DNA of 64,000 nucleotides from positions 179,614,001 through 179,678,000 of the forward strand of contig OZ024743.1 in NCBI GenBank assembly GCA_964016885.1, written 5' to 3'. Both the position numbers and the translations under genes were made by a program. This document shows positions 56,290 through 64,000 of this stretch, in pieces. The stretch's first letter is position 1. Each line of letters starts with the position of its first letter. The DNA is from Eledone cirrhosa (taxonomy: Eukaryota). The notes beneath the pieces were generated by a model that saw only the letters and a list, made by a program, of their open reading frames with translations, searched no databases and had not been told where the DNA came from.

Positions 56290-56868
56290 TAATAATTGTT
56301 TCTACTTTAGGCACAAGGCCAGCAATTACCCAGTGCATTACTGATACTTTATTTTATCGACCTCGTAAGGATGAAAGGCAAAGTCAACCTCGGCGGGATT
56401 TGAACTCAGATCGTAAAGGGACGTAACTATGCTGGAAAATTATAATAATGGTTTGTGGTTTAGCTATAAGGCCATCAATTTTCTGGGTGGTGAGGGAGGG
56501 GAAAGCCGATCAGATTGAACTCAGTGCATTACTGGTACTTTATTTTATCGACGCTGTAAGGATGAAAGGCAAAGCCAACCTCGGCAAGATTTGAACTCAT
56601 AACGTAAAGCGTCGTAACTATATGCTGCACATAATGTAGTCCGACGCCCTACCGTCACGACAACGGTTTCTGATTTAGGCACAAGGCGAAAAATTTGGGT
56701 GGGAGTGAAAAGTCGATTAAATCGACCCCAGTGCATTACTGGTGCTTTATTTTATCGATCCAGCAAGGATAAAAGCCAAAGCTAACCTCGGCGGGATTTG
56801 AACTCAGAGAGTAAAGGGCCGTAACTATGTGCTTCAAAGCATGTTGTCCGACGCTCTATCAGTTCTAC
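56290..56868 (-). mobile_element. Three tandem SINE family A copies
   Basis: Units at about 56290-56437, 56443-56655 and 56662-56868. Confidence 0.85.
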
Positions 56869-57089
56869 TGCTAATAACATTTTATTATTGAAGCCACCAA
56901 TAATGAAGGCATTTGAGTTAACTGGTTTATTAATTTGTTTCGGTAATGACATAAGCTAAACTGATTAATGATGTTGGCTTTGATTTTGATGTTACTGCTT
57001 AGCTCTAGATTATAAACATGTGTATCTACTGAGAGTACAAGACTCCCCACTGGACAGGACGCCAGTTACTGACAGAATTAAACCTCTAG

Positions 57090-57245
57090 TTATCGCTGGT
57101 TCTTATTTTCAGCGGAGTATACTGAAGTAACGTGAAATGAAGTGCTTTGTTCAAGAACACATACACAACCCAGTCCAGAAATAAAACCCACGGCATTATG
57201 ATCGTAAGTCCAACATCCTTACTTCGAGGTCACGCATCTCCACTA
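57090..57245 (-). mobile_element. SINE family B, diverged
   Basis: Similar to 50015-50162. Confidence 0.6.
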
Positions 57246-57452
57246 TTATCGGCAGTTGAAAAAGTGTTAAAAGCATCTTAAATAAAGCCAAGATCTTAAA
57301 TATTAGGTTAGAAATTCAAAGAACACTCATAAAATAAATAGCATTCCAAGTGACATGGACATTTTATAGATCGAAGTTAATGAAGAAAATCATATATACA
57401 TACACACACATATATATACATACAAATATATATATATAAATAGATGTGTGTT

Positions 57453-57489
<37 letters not shown>

Positions 57490-58209
57490 GTGTCTGTGTG
57501 TGTATACGTGTATGTACATATATGTATATATATATGGTGCGAGTGTGTGTGTCCATGTGTATGTGAGTGTATATGTGTGTATGTGTATACATGCATCTCT
57601 GTGGATGGATCTATGAGTGCATGTCCCATTGGTTAATTAGTATTGAAATAAAATAAAATTCAACAAATAAAAAGATAGATTTTGAAAGAATTAAATATTT
57701 TTCAACACAAACCAACATATACATTCACATACACATACACATACACATACACCTACACACAAAAGCTAACAGATAAAAACATATGTATTCATGCAATCCT
57801 GATAAATTCTAGGCACGAAATACTGCATGTAACCATTATTGTGTAGGAGAAATAATGAGCTTGGGTTTACTGTCAAGACGTATGAATAGTTTGAAGTAAT
57901 AATGCCAACCTTATGTCCGGCAAATTGCTAAACCGTTTACCAATTTTCGTGTTTATCCATTAGCTGTTTTCACGTCAGTACGAGTTGTCCGAGCAGTTCT
58001 CGTTTCTGTAATAAAATCATCTCCTATTATAAAATCCATTAATTACTGTGGAAAGCAAAGAGTATTTCGTAGATTGTTAGGCCAATTAACAGATCATTGC
58101 TATTTCAATAGCTAATTAAGTAATGTAACGTATTGGTTGAAAGCATTTGCAGTTTCAACGCCACCTCATGTTGAGTAAATTGTTATGTGCAGCAAATATT
58201 GATTTCTAA

Positions 58210-58585
58210 CTTCTACACATTTCAAAGTTTTACACAACTATCTCAAACATTTGCACAAATATCTCAAACGTTTACACAAGATCTCAAACTTTTACACAAA
58301 TATCTCAAACTTTTACACAAGATCTCAGACTTTTACACAAGATCTCAAACTTTTACACACGATCTCACTTTTACACAAATATCTCAAACTTTTACACAAA
58401 TATCTCAAACATTTACACAAGATCTCAAACATTTACACAAGATCTCCGACTTTTATACAAAGATCTCAAACGTTTACACAAGATCTCAAACTTTAACACA
58501 AGATCTCAACGATTTACACAAGATCTCAAAATTTAACACAAAAACCTTTACACAAAGGTCTCAAATTTAACACAAAAATCTCATA
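58210..58585. repeat. 20-bp minisatellite, roughly 17 copies
   Basis: TTTTACACAAGATCTCAAAC units. Confidence 0.9.
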
Positions 58586-59137
58586 TTTTCTTTTAACTGG
58601 TCCTCCTGTATATTGTTTTGCCAAGTCAAAGAACTTTTCAGCACCCCCGATATAGGAACGCTGGATATTAGACACGGTAGAACATAGTAAATTATTATGT
58701 GCAGGGTTTAGCCATCTGTATTTATATTCAGAGTTCGATACGTTCGATTCCTGCTAGGGAAAACTTGACTTTCGTTCTCCTAAGTTCATTAAAATATTTA
58801 CAAGTCAGAAACTGAGGATAGATTGAATTTACAACCCCCATCTCCTCCCACATCCTATATTTTCTGGTTCTGTCTCTTGAATAGAAACATTATTTTTCCA
58901 CACCTATTATATCAGATAAGGTCCTAGGTATCTAACAGTCCAATTATTTTATAGTTTCCAACAAATATTTATCCAATAAATTTCAGAAAACAACAAATCA
59001 ATTAATATATAAAATATCAATAAATGTATTTAAAAATTGTCAAATTGAAAAATTATGAAAATTAATGATTTTTCAGGTAAGATTTCCAACGTAATTTTCA
59101 CGTGAAAATTGGTTCTATTAATATTGTAATTTACATG

Positions 59138-59357
59138 ATAATGGTTTCTGATTTAGACACAAGGCCAACAATTCTGTAGGTAGGAGAAAGATAATTAAAA
59201 CGATCCCAGTGCGTTACTAGTACTTTATTTTATCAACCTCGTAAGAATGAAAGGCAAAGCTAACATCGGCTGGATTTGAACTAAGTACGTCAGGGACCGT
59301 AATACTATACCACAAAGCATATTATTCGGCGCTCTACCGATTCTGCCAATCCAACGC
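59138..59357 (-). mobile_element. SINE family A (long form), diverged
   Basis: Reverse-complement consensus. Confidence 0.75.
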
Positions 59358-59917
59358 TCTTCTGTAATTTATATCATAATACCAACGTTGTTTTCTAGAA
59401 TTTAACGTGGGCTGGATTTTTGTGAATATAAATATCAAATAGTTGGTAATAACAACGAGAAACTGACTGTAAGGTATAAAATAGAGGTTATTTGGGATGT
59501 GATGATTGAATGTTTCATCGCTGTATTTTGCATGTCATGGTAGTCGGGATTAGTGTTGCAAACTGATAGGGAATCAGGCTTCAGGTCTGCTCGTGGAATT
59601 AATGTTCACGTGACTGAACATTCCAGACTTGCGTATTTCCTTGGCGTAAATCTCAGGAATATTCAGTTAATCAGATGGACTTCAAAACAATTTACCTCTG
59701 CTCAGTTTCATTCACAAATCATAGGTCGAAGCGTAGCAATGTTAAATGACACGCAAGATGGTACGCAGTGTGACCACGCTTGGGACCTGCTTGGACCCGT
59801 CATAAGTAGTAGACTAAACATTCGGCATATCTAGTCCGGCACTCTATATTCCTATGTCACATGATTGCATTTCTTTCTAACAAAATAATAACAATTGTTT
59901 TTTTTTTCTTTTGGTTA

Positions 59918-60090
59918 GGGGAATCGATTAAATCGATCCAGTGCATTACTGGTACTTTATTTTATCGACCCCGTAGGGATGAATGGAAAAGTTAACCTCG
60001 GTGGCATTTGATCCCACAAGGTAAGGGGACGTTACTGTATGATGCAAAGCATTTTATCCGACGCGCTACCGATATTGCTAATCCACCTCC
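59918..60090 (-). mobile_element. SINE family A, diverged
   Basis: Reverse-complement consensus. Confidence 0.75.
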
Positions 60091-60769
60091 ATTAAAAAAA
60101 TACTAATAATATGTTTGCACAAAATTTTGAACATATAAATCAATAAGCTTATGAAGAATAAAGCAGCAACATTTTACAGCTATGCGTAGGTAGAGAACAA
60201 GGGATAGTTTTGGTTATAAACAACGCACGCATAATATACATTTTTCGTTACGTTGGTCAATCCTAATCAACTCAACTGATGCCTTTTTTTATAATATATC
60301 TAAACATTCCTAAAAGGTTAACATAGTTTTCGTATCATATTGAATATCTTTGCGATAGAACTACTGCAGTTGCTGAACTCATCTTATAATGTTATGTAAT
60401 TGTTTTTATTCGGCCTCTTCCTCGGAGCTGGACTCATTCCAGCATATCAGTTTCATATCAATAACCTGTTTAATAACATGCTCTCTCTAGAGGAGGATGA
60501 TACGAAAAACTGATAAATTGCTATCCTTTCGGAGTTATTTTTTCTCTCTTCCGTATGCTAGAGTAACCACTGCATTGCGCCATCTTGATAGTTTCGTTTA
60601 TTATTGCATAACGGTAGATTGGGGTGTATATACCTACCCGCCTTCTGTCTCTCTCTCTCTTTCGCTCATCCCCTCTCTTTCTCTCTAGCTCTTTCCCTCG
60701 ACCTCTCTCTTTCTACATGTTTCTCTCTCTTAATCTCCTGCCATATCAAAACACTACAATGCTACTCAT

Positions 60770-60836
<67 letters not shown>

Positions 60837-61799
60837 AAACAAACACATACGCACACATACACACACACAAACTCATCGATATAGGATACGCTAAAAGTAT
60901 ATAAGCTACAGCTAATTCTTATCTCAGTACCGGTGGATTAAACATCATATATGATGGAAAGAGATCCTGAAGCACCAGAGTCTGACATTCTCACACCGTT
61001 ACTGATGTATGTATGTCAGAGTCAATAGCCATCCAAATAGTATTTTTTTTGTTTGTTTCCACCCGGGAGGCAAATCCCCCCTCCCCCCACGTTGTTGTCA
61101 CAACACCTTTCTAGGAGAGGGAAACGCTGAACAAAACCCAGTGGCTTCGAAAACATCCGATGATGTTGACCAGTTCTTCGTTTCGAGTAGTGTTTTTCGA
61201 TGCTCAGAGAGTGTGATTAGTCGAGTGCAATGCCTTTCCCCACTTAAAAAACCTTCAAAGCACAGGCATTGGTTGTTCAGGATCTGTTACAGGTTTCTGT
61301 GGATGGCGGTAGCCTAAAAGTACACCAAACTCTATAACCTGACAAGCGATTGCAGTACTCTTAGCAGAGTTTGCAGCCATCATGTATGTATGTATTTACT
61401 CACCCCAAACAATGCAATAAAGCAACTAAAATACAAAGAGTTACAAGGGAAGGAATGGGACAAGATAAAGAGAACTTAATCCCAAGCTAGACAATAAAGT
61501 TAATAAAATGCAAGGGATTACAGAGAAGAGACTAGCACAAAACAGTAAGAACATAATTCAAGGAGAAAGAAGATGAAGATTGATGTTGCTTTTGTACTTT
61601 TAAAAATAGCAGTTAGTGGCCATGAAAATAGAATGTCGGAAGAGAATACCAAAGGTGAGATGTGTGAGGGAAGAAACTATCAGAAAAGAATTTGTGATTG
61701 TATTTAGGAGAGTCAAGTGTACACAGCCTGCTCACGAGGCAACAAAGAGGAAAACTCAGAACAGTTTCCATGAAAAAAACATATACTTACAAACACACG

Positions 61800-61866
<67 letters not shown>

Positions 61867-61895
61867 TACATACATGCATATGTATATATACGTAC

Positions 61896-61940
<45 letters not shown>

Positions 61941-62051
61941 CATATATATATATGTATATACATACATATACATATATATATATATATATATACATACATA
62001 TACATATATATATATATATACATGCATATACATATATATATATACACATAC

Positions 62052-62094
<43 letters not shown>

Positions 62095-62112
62095 CATATA
62101 TATATATACATA

Positions 62113-62400
62113 GTGCGAAGATGTGTGGCTTATTGGTTAGTACGTTGAATGTATAATCGTGAGGTTATGAGTTCGATTCCCGAAGCGGGTGAAGTGGTGT
62201 GTCCTTGAACAAGACACATCTTTCACTTTGCTCCAGTTTACTCAACTGTAGAAATGAGTTGCGACGCCAAGCTGTATCAACCTTTGCCTCCCACTTGGAC
62301 AACATCGGTGGCGTGGAGAGAGAAGAATGTTATACCTGAGTGACTGCTGGTCTTCCACAAAAGCACCTCGCTCGGGTTTGTGTCTCAGAGTGATTTGGGA
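62113..62400 (+). mobile_element. SINE family B, near full length
   Basis: A-box TGGCTTATTGGTTAG, B-box GAGTTCGATTC, TCCTTGAACAAGACAC domain. Confidence 0.78.
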
Positions 62401-62430
62401 ATATTTACACTTCACTACACACACATACAC

Positions 62431-62484
<54 letters not shown>

Positions 62485-62525
62485 ATATTAAATAAATGGA
62501 AACTATATTTATAAAACCATATTTA

Positions 62526-62583
62526 TTCTATTATATATATTTCAAGGGTACCAAAAACTTTGGTACGCTTTCATCAGATAAAA
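62526..62583 (-). ncRNA. Canonical minimal type I hammerhead ribozyme (inverted copy)
   Basis: Reverse complement of 62732-62789. Confidence 0.85.
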
Positions 62584-62731
62584 TACAAGAGTGTTTTATA
62601 AATTTTGACAAGACAAGGAAAACATACCTTATCAGTTGAATATTCCTTACCAAACATACCTTATCAAGGAATATTCAACTGATAAGGTATGTTTTCCTTG
62701 GGTATGTCAAAATTTATAAAACACTCTTGTA

Positions 62732-62789
62732 TTTTATCTGATGAAAGCGTACCAAAGTTTTTGGTACCCTTGAAATATATATAATAGAA
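62732..62789 (+). ncRNA. Canonical minimal type I hammerhead ribozyme
   Basis: UUUUAU-CUGAUGA-AAGCGUACCAA(AGUUU)UUGGUACCCUU-GAAA-U(AUAU)A-UA^-AUAGAA then AAUAAA. Confidence 0.85.
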
Positions 62790-63145
62790 TAAATATGGTT
62801 TTATAAATATAGTTTCCATTTATTTAATATCATTGAATATTTACTCCACAAATCTGTCGAGTGCTCTGAATCAGTTATAAACATTTATATTTGTTGAAAT
62901 TCCAACAAATTAAATGTCCCTTCCACTTATATATATATATATATATATATATACATCTTTTGATAAATAAAAGGCTCCCGATCGCTACAGATGTCCTGTA
63001 ATTCAGCGCCGAAACATCTAGATCGTTGATTTTTTTACAGCTGCCGAAGGATTATTACTCCTTTCTTCTTTTCTCCTCTTGTTCCGTCCTAACCACCATC
63101 CTAACCTTGTTTTTAGTAACCACACAGCTCCTTTCGTTTTGTATC

Positions 63146-63196
<51 letters not shown>

Positions 63197-63472
63197 GTGT
63201 GTGTGTGTCTGTGTAAATGTATATGTATATATATAGACATTCATATATATATATATGTGTGTGTGTGTACATGTGTATCTCAATGTATTAATCTATCACT
63301 GTTTTTAGCTAATTCATTATATCCTTACCTTTATCTCTTATAATCTCCAACTTTCACCAAAACTTCATCTGCCAGGCTATTCATGTTTCTAGTTATACTC
63401 TCATTACTATTCTATTCCTCGTTTCTCACAATCTCTCTCTCTCTCTCTCTCGCGCTCTCTCTCTCTCTCTCT

Positions 63473-63509
<37 letters not shown>

Positions 63510-63522
63510 TATGTTGTTTTTT

Positions 63523-63590
63523 ACATTTCTTTGTCATTCATACACTCTTACCTGAGTTCGAATCTACATTCATATCACATATATATATAT

Positions 63591-63659
<69 letters not shown>

Positions 63660-63713
63660 TTCTTTGTCATTCATACACTCTTACCTGCCTGAGTTCAAAT
63701 CTACATTCATATC
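63523..63713. repeat. Direct duplication of ~55 bp separated by a CA/TA tract
   Basis: ACATTTCTTTGTCATTCATACACTCTTACCTG..TCTACATTCATATC at ~63523 and ~63657. Confidence 0.8.
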
Positions 63714-64000
63714 CCATACAAATACACGTGATTTATCAATGTTTTTGTATCCATATTTCGATGTTCTTTTTCTTTCCCTCCACTTCCCTCTTCCATGTAA
63801 TTAATCTGTTTACTTACTAGGAACACGATTAACTATTCTAATACCACCGTCCATTAGCAGCATACAAATTACCACTTACCTTCCATTTTTTGTTTATTTG
63901 TAGGCTTTAGACATCTTCAACTGGTTATGATGCGTTAGGAATCTCTCCACTACATTTGATTCTCTCTCGCTCTCCCCCTCTCTAATTCCTCTTGTCGTCA

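Larger units (their letters stand above)
62480..62927 (+). mobile_element. ORF-less fold-back pLTR-like module in (TA)n carrying two opposed HHR copies
   Basis: Near-perfect IR 62480-62648 / 62666-62835; (TA)n on both sides. Confidence 0.88.

Noticed and set aside
58187-58570. 127-aa and 81-aa repetitive ORFs
   Set aside because: Produced by a 20-bp minisatellite whose unit is not a multiple of 3.
59553-59834. 93-aa ORF
   Set aside because: The reverse strand resembles the SINE body at 54030-54150, so it is likely a decayed repeat.
62955-63148. TA-flanked module with GAAAC at 63011 as an HHR
   Set aside because: No recognisable core or helix I; may be a decayed module but is unsupported.

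Overview
Eukaryotic, AT-rich, microsatellite-dense DNA with no recognisable host gene. The SINE families and (TA)n/(CA)n load suggest a cephalopod (octopus-like) genome, which is an inference. Almost all ORF-track hits are microsatellite artefacts. Real coding remnants are all transposon-derived: three Penelope-like elements (PLEs; RT and/or GIY-YIG), a decayed L1/Tx1-type LINE, RTE-clade and R4/Dong-like LINE fragments, and a Gypsy integrase scrap. There is also a non-autonomous Helitron and more than 25 tRNA-derived SINE copies. The main hidden signal is about 20 type-I hammerhead ribozyme (HHR) motifs, read by eye, from more than ten unrelated sequence families. Most lie in short, usually ORF-less modules next to (TA)n tracts, often folded back as long inverted repeats. 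They include canonical cores, U3-A8 covariant cores, minimal palindromic-loop forms, forms with a greatly enlarged helix II, and one full HHR inside a 519-nt directly repeated unit (retrozyme-like). A second notable item is a 34-nt GT-AG segment between LINE ORF1 and ORF2 whose removal would fuse the two ORFs in frame. All folds were derived manually and none is experimentally tested.
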